This document shows positions 21,873-32,940 of a stretch of DNA of 64,000 bases, piece by piece. A program made the translations under genes and the position numbers. Position 1 is the stretch's first letter, and every line of letters starts with the position of its first letter. The stretch is from positions 1,798,001-1,862,000 of the forward strand of contig CP128815.1 of NCBI GenBank assembly GCA_051546255.1, in the 5' to 3' direction. Source of the DNA: Meyerozyma guilliermondii (taxonomy: Eukaryota). Below the pieces are notes generated by a model. The model made no database searches. It was not told the origin of the DNA and was given only the letters and a program-made list of their open reading frames with translations.

Positions 21873-22142
21873 ATGCAATTCATAACGAGTATTTGATCTA
21901 TATATCATAATAACACATACATTACATTCACGCTACAAACATGAAGATCCCTCTCCAGTATTTGGTCGTGACTTGATCAACAACAAAAGTATCGTAGCTT
22001 ATACCGACATTAGTTTGGAGATTCTCCTCCTTCTCTTTTTTTTTCGTTTTCTTTTTTTCAATTTAGCTTTTTAATTTTCCCGACCGTTTACCATAATAAC
22101 AAATAAAATAAAAATAACATGCAAAGTATTGAACTATGCTCT

Positions 22143-23999
22143 TCACTTCTCGACATACCATTGTTGGGCGCCGTGCTGCACTGCAGACTGGTACTGGTTA
22201 CTGTTGGGCTTATAATAAGTAGTCCCGACAAATGGTGTATCGTTTGAAATTTGCATGCCCGAGAATCTAGAGATGTTTTGGGCTGCGTCGTACTTCAAAG
22301 AAGGCTTGAGCATACCTTCATCCTGGTATGGTTCCCCAAGAATGTATTCAGGGTTGTGAGCAACGTACCTGTTGGTTGAGTTGTAAAGAGGACGTTGCAT
22401 GAATCCAGGTTGATTCAATTGTGGTTGTGAAACCATTTGAGGGTACAGAAAGCCACGCTGGTGATGAACATAGGGCATTTGAGCGTTCTGTGAGTTGTTG
22501 AAGCTATTGCTTCTTCTTGAGCTCTGAGGAACAAATGTATCGGGATTCACAATGAATTCTCCGTCTGAATTCATGTTTGTAGACACACTTGTCGAGGACC
22601 TCAGCAAGCCACTGCCATTCAAAATAACATTGATCTTCAGCTGGATCCGTTTGCCAAAGCTGGATACAATCTTGCAATTTTGAAACCACTTCTTGATGAT
22701 TTGAATTTGCAATGGCTCCATATTCTGGCGGTAGTTTAATGGCAATAACACCATCACATTTTCCATGAGTGGCTCTTTAAAGTTGGCGTTGACAATAACC
22801 TCAATGAGTGTTTGTACAACATAATTGCCATAAGGATCGTTAATCATCTTGTTCAAATCGGAAATAAGGATTTGGTAGCACAAATCGTACTTCAAGCAGG
22901 AGAAAGCATCAGAAATTGGTTCGTTATTGAAGCAATTTTTCAAAAACTTTTCAACCACATTGGACGAAAATTTCAACTTGCACAAATTGCTTACACCGAA
23001 TCTAACAAAGTTGTTGAACACGGCGCGGTTAATTGGCAACGAATTGATGGAGATCAAATATTGCAAGACATAATTACCAAACTGATCATTGATAAGTTTA
23101 ATAAAGATTTCGAATGTCAAGATTCGAGCCGAAAACTGCGATAACTGTTCGGTGGTAACATGATTCAAGCATTTTTGAAGAACGCAGCAGCCATGCTTAT
23201 GGGTTGCGACCACTAACAAGTCCTTTATGATCGAATCATAAATGAACTGACAATCGTCAGCCGGATACTTGTTCAAGATCTTCTGGATGACATGATTGCC
23301 ATTGAGATCCTTGATCAACTCGATGATATAAGGACTCAAGCCATTAACTATCAATGTGAGCTGGTACTTGTTGGATACAGCATCAATAATCTTTTGGAGG
23401 GCACGAGTGCCATGCTGGTTGATGGAAATCTGAAAGAGGTTATACAGCAATGATTCTAGTATGAGAGTGATGTTTTGTTCACTGCAGTAAGCAATGAGTT
23501 TCTGGACCAAGTAGTTGCCGAACGGGTCAATGATGAGCTCGTACATGTTTGGACTAACTTGCGAGAAGATAACGTCGAAATTGGCCCTGCGCTGTTGAGC
23601 ATTGGAAACCACATGTTCGTCAATTTTCTTTTGAAGAAAACGACATCCATACTGGTCTTTAGCCAAGCTTAGGATCTGGGGCCTCAATTGTGTGAGAGGT
23701 ACCTTGTTGATGGAGAGAAGGTACTCTTTGTCGATCTTGGTAGGATGCAGCAACGAAGGTGAAAAACCGGTGGATCCGGTTGCGGAAGTCGCAAGTCCAT
23801 TAGTCCCAAAGTTCTTATTGTAAGATGACGCCGAGTCAAGGTTGAATGTGGGGAGCAACAAGTTATTTGGAGCGGCAGAGGTGGCCGAAGGGGTCTTTTC
23901 TTCCCACAAATTCAGCCTTGATGCGGGTGCTGCGGGCGGCGTTGTAGGCTCGATAATTGAATTGATGGAGTTGATGGAAAGATTGGGACGATGAGACAT
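22143..23999 (-). CDS. MPT5: Pumilio-family RNA-binding protein Mpt5/Puf5
   Basis: Eight Puf repeats (DQYGCRFLQKK, DPFGNYLVQK, FQISINQHGTRALQK, HKHGCCVLQK). First ATG at 23999. Confidence 0.85.
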   Translation of the reverse strand: MSHRPNLSINSINSIIEPTTPPAAPASRLNLWEEKTPSATSAAPNNLLLPTFNLDSASSYNKNFGTNGLATSATGSTGFSPSLLHPTKIDKEYLLSINKVPLTQLRPQILSLAKDQYGCRFLQKKIDEHVVSNAQQRRANFDVIFSQVSPNMYELIIDPFGNYLVQKLIAYCSEQNITLILESLLYNLFQISINQHGTRALQKIIDAVSNKYQLTLIVNGLSPYIIELIKDLNGNHVIQKILNKYPADDCQFIYDSIIKDLLVVATHKHGCCVLQKCLNHVTTEQLSQFSARILTFEIFIKLINDQFGNYVLQYLISINSLPINRAVFNNFVRFGVSNLCKLKFSSNVVEKFLKNCFNNEPISDAFSCLKYDLCYQILISDLNKMINDPYGNYVVQTLIEVIVNANFKEPLMENVMVLLPLNYRQNMEPLQIQIIKKWFQNCKIVSSFGKRIQLKINVILNGSGLLRSSTSVSTNMNSDGEFIVNPDTFVPQSSRRSNSFNNSQNAQMPYVHHQRGFLYPQMVSQPQLNQPGFMQRPLYNSTNRYVAHNPEYILGEPYQDEGMLKPSLKYDAAQNISRFSGMQISNDTPFVGTTYYKPNSNQYQSAVQHGAQQWYVEK

Positions 24000-25146
24000 A
24001 ATGAAGCGGTTGTGGGATAAATCACAAATCACCCCTGAGATTAAAGTCGAAAAGCTTAAAAGGTAAATGGGGTAATAACCGATGTCAAATGAAACGTTTT
24101 GTCCACTAAAACGATAGACGTATAGCCCAGAGTAATTATAGCTAATTGAGAATTTGTTTGTGCCACCCAATCACAAATATTTCCCGTTTGTGAAAGTACG
24201 TGGCAATGCGACAACACTAACACAGAAAATGCCAGAGTTATATACCGAGTCCTGATCCGGATCCAAGAGGTGGTATGTGCAGGTGACGCCCCACCAAGCC
24301 CGCCAAACCTATGCAGCGCAATTGATGCATAGTGGAGCAAAGCGAGAACATGCAGGTGAAGGTTTGTGTCAGTGGCTTCTGACAATGATCTACAATACAG
24401 AGATGATGATTACAGTAGGATTTTGAAGAAATATACTTGGTAGTTGTAGATAACCTGGGTGCAGGAGCGGTTCCTCTGCACCATTCTCAACAGGTGCAGA
24501 TGCAATCCGGATTGTATACAGGAAGGTTGCAGGATTAGACGATGAGGAAGTTTTGGGATTGACGATAATTTGGCAACAATAGTTGGGTTTTATGTGGCAT
24601 ATACCGGTTGGGTAAAGAATTGTAGTTTCACGTGCATGATTTGAAGCAATCACCACACCGCAAGTGGCAGCATTGATGCACCATATTTGAGGAGATCCTG
24701 ATTCAGTGCCCTAGACAACTGCCGGTCTAGAACCAACAAAGGAGGTGCGTGCCTCCTTGAGTAGCCGTCCTGCAGACGAGCTTGTGCTGCAAACATTTCC
24801 GTAAATAGAAGCGGCTGTGTACCGGAAGCGCGTGTTGTCAAACAGACGCGACATTATGTGGGTGCGCGCTACTGTGCGACAATCGATTCGAGGTGTCAAA
24901 CCATTGCGCTTACGGTGACGAAATTGAGCTAATATTTTATGGCTTATGGCTACTAGTAATCTTGCCTCGTTCAATCTCTCAATCTGTTATATCTATTCAA
25001 TCTGTTCAGTCAAAATTCTTTTTTGACTCTACTTTGTTAAATTCCTTATTTTTGAATTTTTCACAATTTCTTAATTTCACAATCTCACAATTTCACTTAT
25101 CAACATTCCACTACTTTAACAAATTACAGTCTTCATCATTTATTAT

Positions 25147-26316
25147 TCATACATCATTACATTCTGCATCACAAATGTATCGACCCGCCTCAATAAACTT
25201 ATTCAAAATCTCTTCGTAGAAAATAAACTCATCGCCGTGAATACTCAGTATGAGTCTTCGCCGCAACCGGTCGTTTTGCCGGTCTATGATAACTTTTCGC
25301 CGCGCTGCAGCTTCTTGTGTCAGCGGAAACTCACTAGTCATGAATCCAGGAGGTGAGGGAAATTTGTCATATAGCTGTGATTCGGGTATTTCTTGTACCT
25401 GTTCTCCTGCCTTTCTATAAAAATCGTTAATTTTATTCTGTTCTGTTCGAGAAACACCAGTTTTGCGGCCCGGTGGTTTCATGCCAAAGTTGGGATTGGG
25501 CTTAAAGTCCGTCAAGCACCAAGGGTTCTCTGTTATAGGATTGGTGGAGAGATGAAGATGAAAGGATGGATCCTCAAGTTGGGATTGAAAATACTTGCGT
25601 AAGAAGTCCCGTCTTTGAAGCTTCGTTGAATTACGGGGTATATTGATGGTCTGGGCTGTTGTGTCTCGCAATTGTCGTTGGGAAGTGACTTTAGGTTTTG
25701 CAACCTGAAGTATTCCAGTATCCTGAGAATCTTCTACCACCTCCTTTATTGGCGAAGATGGGAGCTTCACGTAGCACGGTCGTTCAGGCGAGTTCGTGGA
25801 AACTTGCAGAGAATACTGGGTCGGAAGCATGTTGAATTCCGAGTCAGTATATTCCTGAACGTTGAATGGTTTACCTTGATACATGAGGATTTTGGTGGGG
25901 GACCTTCTGGGACCGTTTTGCTTGACAGGAGATGAGCTTTCATTTGAATTGTGGTCGATTTTGTCGATTTTGTCAATTTTGTCGATTTTCAATTCGGGTT
26001 CAGTTTTTATTCGCTTCTCACTTTCATCAGTCTCTTCTAGAAGACGCTTTTTTTGTGAAACTTTGTCTAGATCCTGCAAGTCAGCGGCAGACTCGTGTCC
26101 TATCTCCCTTTCATGTCTCAATTCATTATTTTCACGTCTCAATTGCTCATTTTCACGCTTCAATTCACGCACTTTCTGCTTATATTGGTCCTGATAAGAT
26201 GCCTTTATTTCTGCCAACTTGGCCTCAAATTCATGTTTCTGAAGTTCTAAGGTCCGCTTTAACTCGTGGTTCTCCTTCTCGAGTTTCTGGAGTCCTCGTC
26301 GAATAAGGTCCAGCAT
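25147..26316 (-). CDS. SAE2: DSB end-processing factor Sae2/CtIP
   Basis: N-terminal coiled coil and C-terminal SPPGF..SEFP[CTG=S]TQE motif typical of Sae2/CtIP; S/T-P sites. Probable start 26316. Confidence 0.8.
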   Translation of the reverse strand: MLDLIRRGLQKLEKENHELKRTLELQKHEFEAKLAEIKASYQDQYKQKVRELKRENEQLRRENNELRHEREIGHESAADLQDLDKVSQKKRLLEETDESEKRIKTEPELKIDKIDKIDKIDHNSNESSSPVKQNGPRRSPTKILMYQGKPFNVQEYTDSEFNMLPTQYSLQVSTNSPERPCYVKLPSSPIKEVVEDSQDTGILQVAKPKVTSQRQLRDTTAQTINIPRNSTKLQRRDFLRKYFQSQLEDPSFHLHLSTNPITENPWCLTDFKPNPNFGMKPPGRKTGVSRTEQNKINDFYRKAGEQVQEIPESQLYDKFPSPPGFMTSEFPLTQEAAARRKVIIDRQNDRLRRRLILSIHGDEFIFYEEILNKFIEAGRYICDAECNDV

Positions 26317-26416
26317 CAGTCCAGTTGCAAATAATCTCAATCGCGTTTTGTTTAGTGAAAACACACACCCGTACACCCGCAAGTTTTAATTGAGTGCGAC
26401 AGAAATCATCAACATC

Positions 26417-27901
26417 ATGTTCGGGAGTGCCAATTCAGGTTTTGGAAACACCACTGGTGGTGGCCTTTTTGGCAATAAGCCGGCTAGTACTGGCTTTGGA
26501 ACCGGAAACGCATCTGGAAATACAAATACTAGCCCTTTTGGTGCCTCAAATACATCTAGTGCTCCGATGTTCGGCAGCTCATCGAATAACAATACAACCA
26601 ATAATTCTACTGGAGGTCTTTTCGGGGCGAAAAATACCAGTGCTCCTTCTGGAGGGCTCTTTGGAGGACTGAACACTGCCAACACTGGCGGAAATCAACC
26701 TCAAAATAATACCCAAGGTGGTCTCTTTTCTCAGGGAAACACCACCAACCAATTTGGATCGGCACCTAAATCCACATTTGGGGCCCCTGCTAGCTCTGGT
26801 GGTCTCTTTGGGAACAACAATAACACCAATCAAGCTTCAGGGGGCGGGCTTTTTGGAAACTCATCGACAACCCAAAACTCCGGTGCTACTTCTGGTGGTC
26901 TTTTTGGCAGCTCCAACACCCAGAACCAAACAGGTGCTACAGGAGGTGGCCTTTTTGGATCCAACAACAATACAGCCAACAACAGTTCTGGCCAAAGCTC
27001 ACTTTTTGGCTCGAAACCCACGACTTCTACAGGCGGCTTGTTTGGAGGCAATTCTGGCACCACCAACAATACATCTTCTGGTGGCCTCTTTGGTGGGAAC
27101 AGCAACACAAATACGAGTACCGGAGGTGGTTTATTCGGAAACTCTAATACATCGTCAGCTCCCAAAACCGGTTTATTCGGTGGAAATAATCAAAGTTCCG
27201 GAGGCCTTTTCGGTGGATCCAACCAGAACTCAGGAGGTTTGTTTGGAAATAACAACAATACTAATCAAGGCTCAAATAGTCTCTTTGGCGGCGCCTCCAA
27301 CAACACACTCAACAACACCAGCAATTCTCAGCAACCGCAACTCACAGCCATGACTCGAGTAAGCGAGCTTTCACCACAAATGAAGAAAGAGCTAGAAGAC
27401 TTTGACCAGTATATCAACACCCAGCATTTGATTGCCAGCACATTACAGGCAGATATGGAAAAGCATGATCATCTTATAACGTCTATACCGAAGGACACTA
27501 ATTATTTGCATAACAAACTTACTGCGGTTAACCAAGGGTTAAGGTTTGATTTCAGTCAGCTCCAGAATCTCAAAGACATAAATAACGAGCTTTCAGAGGA
27601 CCTCAGCAAGATCATGCAGCTCATTATCCAGTTGTCTACTCCTGGTACCAAGTTGTCGTCATCTATTCAATTGAATGAGTTCTTCGTCAGAAAGATTAAA
27701 AAGTATCATGAAGTAATTGCCAGTTACCGAGAAATACTTCAGGAGGTGGAAGATGTTATTGGAGGCTTGGAGAGACTGTGTGCTGAAGGTTTCGGTGGGT
27801 TGTTCAATATTGTCGCTGTCATTAAGTCCCAGTACAATTTGTTCATGGAATTGTGCGACAACATGGCCCAGATACATAACCAGGTGACAAAGTTGAAGTG
27901 A
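26417..27901 (+). CDS. NUP49: GLFG nucleoporin Nup49
   Basis: Many GGLFG repeats, then a coiled-coil region starting TAMTRVSELSPQMKKELE. First ATG at 26417. Confidence 0.85.
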   Translation: MFGSANSGFGNTTGGGLFGNKPASTGFGTGNASGNTNTSPFGASNTSSAPMFGSSSNNNTTNNSTGGLFGAKNTSAPSGGLFGGLNTANTGGNQPQNNTQGGLFSQGNTTNQFGSAPKSTFGAPASSGGLFGNNNNTNQASGGGLFGNSSTTQNSGATSGGLFGSSNTQNQTGATGGGLFGSNNNTANNSSGQSSLFGSKPTTSTGGLFGGNSGTTNNTSSGGLFGGNSNTNTSTGGGLFGNSNTSSAPKTGLFGGNNQSSGGLFGGSNQNSGGLFGNNNNTNQGSNSLFGGASNNTLNNTSNSQQPQLTAMTRVSELSPQMKKELEDFDQYINTQHLIASTLQADMEKHDHLITSIPKDTNYLHNKLTAVNQGLRFDFSQLQNLKDINNELSEDLSKIMQLIIQLSTPGTKLSSSIQLNEFFVRKIKKYHEVIASYREILQEVEDVIGGLERLCAEGFGGLFNIVAVIKSQYNLFMELCDNMAQIHNQVTKLK

Positions 27902-28059
27902 GAAGTAATAGTAATAGATGTATAATACGTGTAGCTTTATATTCAAGAAGATACAACAGATATGTCACATATCTACGTACAAGTGTCTACAGGCACAATT
28001 GATACTACACTTTATCATATCTCATTTATTTAAATTATGCGCGAAGTTCATCTCATCTT

Positions 28060-28785
28060 ATGGCTAAAGTAGATCTCAGCAAATATTTGGGTAGTGGAAA
28101 AAAGAAGAAGAAACAAAAGACGTCCGACAATGTTATAGTCACGGAGCAGCCATTGCTCCCTGCTGCCAATGAAGTTGAGGATATAAATGAAGACGGTGAA
28201 TTAGGACCAGTACAAATTTCAGAGCCGAAAAAAGAGTCTAAAGGGTTTCGAAGAATTGATACTGGAGGCATGGTACAACCCCAGGAAAACCAAGACACTG
28301 TCTACAGAGATACTAGTGGCCGTATAATCGATATTGATGAAAAAAGAGCAGAAATTGAACAACATAAAGAAGAAGAGATTCAAAGGAAACAGCAATTGGA
28401 GAAACAGATTAATCAGGGAGATGTCCAAAGAATAGAAAAGGAAGAGCTTAAGAAGAGTATTCGACGAGCCCAAACCAACCACTTATCTCCAAACGATTCA
28501 GAGTACAACGATTATATGAAATCAAGGACCCATTTTGACGATCCACTCCTGACATTTGTTGCAACTACTAATACGAACCCCACCTCCAAAACAGGACGCC
28601 CCACTTACTCAAAAGGAATCTCTCCGCCAAACCGGTTCAACATCCCGGCTGGAGCACATTGGGACGGAATAAATCGGTCCAATGGATTTGAAGAACTTGT
28701 AATGAGACGTCGCAACGAAATCAATGCTGAGAAACAGAACAAAAAGATCCACGATGGAATTGAGTTGGACTTGGAGTTGGAATAA
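28060..28785 (+). CDS. BUD13: RES complex splicing factor Bud13/Cwc26
   Basis: TVYRDTSGR, DDPL and PPNRFNIPAGAHWDGINRSNGFE motifs. Confidence 0.92.
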   Translation: MAKVDLSKYLGSGKKKKKQKTSDNVIVTEQPLLPAANEVEDINEDGELGPVQISEPKKESKGFRRIDTGGMVQPQENQDTVYRDTSGRIIDIDEKRAEIEQHKEEEIQRKQQLEKQINQGDVQRIEKEELKKSIRRAQTNHLSPNDSEYNDYMKSRTHFDDPLLTFVATTNTNPTSKTGRPTYSKGISPPNRFNIPAGAHWDGINRSNGFEELVMRRRNEINAEKQNKKIHDGIELDLELE

Positions 28786-28911
28786 AAAATGCAATACATA
28801 ACTAAAGATAATAACTCACAACTAAAGACAATAAATCAGAACTAAGACAATATTACATAACTAACGATTTCCTTCACTTGTCAGCCCACTTTCGCATCGC
28901 CAAATTATCTT

Positions 28912-30276
28912 ATGCTGATAAGGGAGATCCCAGGGTTCTACTATGATGAAGAGAAAAGAAGGTACTTCAAGGTAGTCAACGGAAGCACACTAGTCAACAA
29001 GAAGTACCACAATAACAGAGTTCAAGCGGAAAAGCGAAGGTTTAATAAAAGCCATGAAACCAAAAATTGCAAAAAACAAGCATTTCCCCATGTCGATGAT
29101 CGTATAAATATACTCAAATTACGTCTTGGAGAAACAAGACTCCTTCAGCATGACCTCACGTTTGAAATGATCAAGTCAGTACAACAAAATAGCTACAAAA
29201 GTGCTCGAAAACGAAACTTGAAGAGTTGGGGAATAGTTTCGATGGATCACCATGGTCCTCATATTATAGTGTCAAGTCTGTATGACGTGCTGTTGATCGG
29301 CCACGGATACTGTGACTTCAGCGACTTGATGTTCTGGCGCCACTTTGAGCGAATCTCGTGCAATCTAGCACCTATTAATGAACCTACAGTGTCCAATCTC
29401 TCATGCGATGGACGATATTTGTTCTACACAATTACTGTGACATCGGTTGATTTTCCTTCAATGGTGCAAAACTATGTCAGAATTGAAAGATTGGAGGTTG
29501 ACAATGCTATCAGAAAACAAGACTTTACCCTTGCACTTTATTCCTACTGGAAGTCGCTACAAGTATCATCTTTTCAACATTTTCTTGGTCAAATTTTGGG
29601 AGTAAATGCCATTGATTTCAGCGAGGAGCGATACTCTTATTTGGATGGAAATCTCTTCGTTGACACAGTATCTATCACAGCCTTACAAATCTGTAGTAAA
29701 AAGGTCTACTTGGGTTGCAGCAACGGTTCAATCGTTATACTATCTTTCGAGGAAATTCTGGGTGGCATAAAGTTTTATGACTCTTGTTTGGTAAATGTTA
29801 GCACGAAAGCACCAATTTCCGTGATAAGAGTACTTGAAAAAGATTTCATTGCTTTCACAACTGAGCGAGTAATTACCATTCTTGACTCACATCACCGTCA
29901 GATTCACCGCATAAATCATTGCAATCTAATCAAAAACTTTAAAGCTGAGATATACCCGGAATTGTCGGTGATTCATGTTGTTGGTCTTACAAAAGTTACA
30001 ACCTATCGAATACTCAAGAATGGTGAAAAAATTGTAGCGCCAATTCACTACTTCAACGATAATATTACAATTCAACCATCAGTTATAGAAAGTGATCTTA
30101 TGATGGTAAAAGAATCGGATCTGACCATACGAGTCACAGATCTCATGAACTTCAAATCGGCTATCCTACCGGTTGCAAATGATGATAGGGTATTAGTGGG
30201 CATTTACAAGTGTGGTGACGAGGTGATTGTACATTTTGCAGACGATTCAGTGTCTTATTTCAAGCACTATATGTAG
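28912..30276 (+). CDS. Uncharacterised protein with WDR21/DCAF4-like N-terminus and divergent beta-propeller (YGL176C-like)
   Basis: N-terminal EIPGFYYDEEKRRYF motif and a beta-rich remainder. Confidence 0.6.
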   Translation: MLIREIPGFYYDEEKRRYFKVVNGSTLVNKKYHNNRVQAEKRRFNKSHETKNCKKQAFPHVDDRINILKLRLGETRLLQHDLTFEMIKSVQQNSYKSARKRNLKSWGIVSMDHHGPHIIVSSLYDVLLIGHGYCDFSDLMFWRHFERISCNLAPINEPTVSNLSCDGRYLFYTITVTSVDFPSMVQNYVRIERLEVDNAIRKQDFTLALYSYWKSLQVSSFQHFLGQILGVNAIDFSEERYSYLDGNLFVDTVSITALQICSKKVYLGCSNGSIVILSFEEILGGIKFYDSCLVNVSTKAPISVIRVLEKDFIAFTTERVITILDSHHRQIHRINHCNLIKNFKAEIYPELSVIHVVGLTKVTTYRILKNGEKIVAPIHYFNDNITIQPSVIESDLMMVKESDLTIRVTDLMNFKSAILPVANDDRVLVGIYKCGDEVIVHFADDSVSYFKHYM

Positions 30277-30283
30277 TTATGAA

Positions 30284-32455
30284 TTAGTTTTTCTTTATAT
30301 AGTTCAAGTAACTTTGATAAGTAAAGTTACCAAACTTGTAGTCAATGTCTAACAAAAGCTTTATAGCATCCTGAGACTTGTACACATATTCAGCAGGTAA
30401 TTTAACCAACGCATTGGATATGTCGTTATTCGAACGTAAACCATTCTCGGCAAACAATTTGTCCTGATTCAAATACATGATACGGTTTCCTTGAGTATTG
30501 TATACCTGGTCGTTGGTTAAGTTGTACACACCAGGATATCCACTCGTGGACTTGAAGTTAGACTCCCTAGTGTTAGGAGGATGAAGAGGAAACAAGTTTT
30601 GCAACACCTCATACGATGCTAAGGTGAATCCGAATTGGGGTGAAGATCTGAAAACACGAGCAATAGAACCCTTGAAAAAAGCTCCAACTCCCTCTTCTTT
30701 CAAGATCACCGAGAATGCATGGGTGATGCCTCTGTATTTGATATCGTGGGATTTGCTCTCCACTTGAAGTCTGGTCTTAATGACATCTGCTGGTGTGGTA
30801 AAGAACGCAGCTGGAGCACCAGCCAACGCACCAGCCAATAACAACTGCCATGAATCCAACTTGTGAACCTTATTAGGATCATTAGGATCGAAACCAAACA
30901 AAAACTTCTTCAAATTAGCATAAGTTGGGAAATAGATAGCCGAAAACGGCACATCTCTCAACAAACAAGCAGTTGCACCTTTATACAAACCTTTGGCACC
31001 AAGCTGCTTAACAATTTGACCGGCACTTAATTTTTTATGAGGAATTTCACCGGGACCCAAGATCTTGGTACTACGTCCACCTTGCATTTGCAATCTGATT
31101 TTGACAATTTCCAATGGATTGGTAAAGATGACTTGACAGGCACCAGCGGACATTCCAGCACCAATTTCCCAACCCATGGTAATCTTTCCAAAATCGTCAG
31201 TACCAATTTTTCTCACCAAATCGTTCACGGTTAATTTGATAGCCTTTTCTGGAGCCACACCAACTAATTGAGCTGCCAAACCGGAGTAAAGACCCTTGAA
31301 TCCTTCATTTTTGATAATCTTTTTGAAACAATCAAAAGAGTTATCATACATAGACTTGTGCTTTTGTGCTTGCATTCTTGTCTTCACCAAATCGATAGGA
31401 TATACAACGGTAGCACCGATACATCCTGCGATGGAACCCAAGAAGAAGGAGTACAACGAATCGAAAATGGGCCAAAGTGAAAAATTATCAGCCTGGACTG
31501 GTTGAGCAGCTGGATGATCAAAGATCGAATAGAGAGTCTTGTAGTTGTTATCAAAATTAGGGTTCAAAACAGAAATGAGTTCTTTTCTAGGAATGGTTTC
31601 TTCGGTTTTGTTGATCAAAAAGAACAACAAATCAAGCTCGGTGGTGGATACTGGCTTAAAGTTGGAGGATTTGAGAAGGTGATCATTCAAATGAGCGTAC
31701 AAATCCCGCTTGTTAATGAGAATATCATCCTTATCCTTAGTTGTTGGAGGGGTATTTGCAATGACCTCGTTGACCAAATCGATACGATTGAGGGTATTAT
31801 AGACGAACAAAACGTTTGAAAGAGAAAATTCACTTTTCTTGAAATATTCAGGTAAAGTGTGCAAATTCTTTTTCAATTTGGATGAAAGTTTGTGACTCAA
31901 GTTTTTCGTGAGTAATTCATAGAACTCTTGCTCATTAAGAACTCCCGAACGGCCTGCCACGAGTTCAAAATTACCGATGAGTTTTGTAACTGGAAGGTAA
32001 TTTATCACTGACACAAAATCAACAAAATCAATTGAACCAAGAGGAGCGAAGAATCGCGCAAGATAAGCCCAATTGAGCTTCACTTTCTTTTGTTGGTAGC
32101 TAGGATCTATTGCCTTGTTCAAACCATTGAGTTTATCGATACATTCCTCATAGGTTATCTTGGTGCGGTCCTTCGATTTCGAGCTAAACATCGAGTACAC
32201 AAGTTTGAACTCTCCATCGTAGGAGGTTAACACGTCTATGAACCGAACAAAATCGCTTTCTGTCACATAACCCTTGTTGGCCTTGTCACAAGCAAGATAC
32301 AAGAGTGAATAAGATGCCTTGGGAAGATCAGATTCGAAAGGTGCCAATATGGTGACAAATTGCGGGAAAGAAAGGGTTTTCTCACCCTCCAACAATGTTG
32401 GGTTCTCGGTGGCAAACTGGTTAAAAATCTCTCTGGCTTTAAATTCCGAAGCCAT
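30284..32455 (-). CDS. AGC1: Mitochondrial aspartate/glutamate carrier (aralar/citrin type)
   Basis: Three carrier repeats (YPIDLVKTRMQ, NPLEIVKIRLQ, TPADVIKTRLQ), GVAPEKAIKL, RSSPQFG, and a long EF-hand-like N-terminus. First ATG at 32455. Confidence 0.93.
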   Translation of the reverse strand: MASEFKAREIFNQFATENPTLLEGEKTLSFPQFVTILAPFESDLPKASYSLLYLACDKANKGYVTESDFVRFIDVLTSYDGEFKLVYSMFSSKSKDRTKITYEECIDKLNGLNKAIDPSYQQKKVKLNWAYLARFFAPLGSIDFVDFVSVINYLPVTKLIGNFELVAGRSGVLNEQEFYELLTKNLSHKLSSKLKKNLHTLPEYFKKSEFSLSNVLFVYNTLNRIDLVNEVIANTPPTTKDKDDILINKRDLYAHLNDHLLKSSNFKPVSTTELDLLFFLINKTEETIPRKELISVLNPNFDNNYKTLYSIFDHPAAQPVQADNFSLWPIFDSLYSFFLGSIAGCIGATVVYPIDLVKTRMQAQKHKSMYDNSFDCFKKIIKNEGFKGLYSGLAAQLVGVAPEKAIKLTVNDLVRKIGTDDFGKITMGWEIGAGMSAGACQVIFTNPLEIVKIRLQMQGGRSTKILGPGEIPHKKLSAGQIVKQLGAKGLYKGATACLLRDVPFSAIYFPTYANLKKFLFGFDPNDPNKVHKLDSWQLLLAGALAGAPAAFFTTPADVIKTRLQVESKSHDIKYRGITHAFSVILKEEGVGAFFKGSIARVFRSSPQFGFTLASYEVLQNLFPLHPPNTRESNFKSTSGYPGVYNLTNDQVYNTQGNRIMYLNQDKLFAENGLRSNNDISNALVKLPAEYVYKSQDAIKLLLDIDYKFGNFTYQSYLNYIKKN

Positions 32456-32928
32456 TTTTAATATTTCATACACTGAATTTACGTGGGGTAAATTTCATAG
32501 GATAAATTTGGTTTTGTAGTTGCAAATTTCCGAGTTCAAGTTCACAGATGTGTAGAAGGTAGTTGAAGTGGTTTCTATGTCTATAGTTGATTCCCACACA
32601 ATACCCAAATATTTCTATGGTACCGAATTATTCGCAAACGTTTCAGGTTATTTACCGGTGAAAGTCTCGTGAACTAAATATTGACTCTCCACAACGATTC
32701 GCTGGCCGAGGAAATCCGTACAGGAAGAGCGGGGTGGTATGCAGGCTGCAAAATAGAGACGCCTGGAAACGAAAAGAAAGCGTAGAATATGGGGATTTGG
32801 CACGTAGAATCGTGTAAGTGACTATAATGTGGTGTCAAGTTTTTAGACGAAATGTGATATTTTTGAAGTAGTTTGGATCTAGTCAACCGTTGAAAGCGCG
32901 ACCCGGAGTCCCCTCACTTTCACAGGCG

Positions 32929-32940
32929 TCCATTTGACCG
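32929..32940. promoter_or_regulatory. Carbon source-responsive element (CSRE, Cat8/Sip4-type) in the AGC1/COX19 intergenic region
   Basis: TCCATTTGACCG is an exact match to YCCRTTNRNCCG. Confidence 0.5.

Noticed and set aside
25955..25992. Short tandem repeats: KID x4 in SAE2, AAAATGGTG x3 at ~52728, TTCTCCCTCA x3 at ~16590, and the duplication at ~3810-3843
   Set aside because: Ordinary slippage-type repeats with no evidence of function.
26417..27300. Repetitive DNA in NUP49, and the 36-bp array at 38748-38891, as possible CRISPR-like arrays
   Set aside because: Both are in-frame coding repeats without a repeat-spacer structure or cas genes, in a eukaryotic context.
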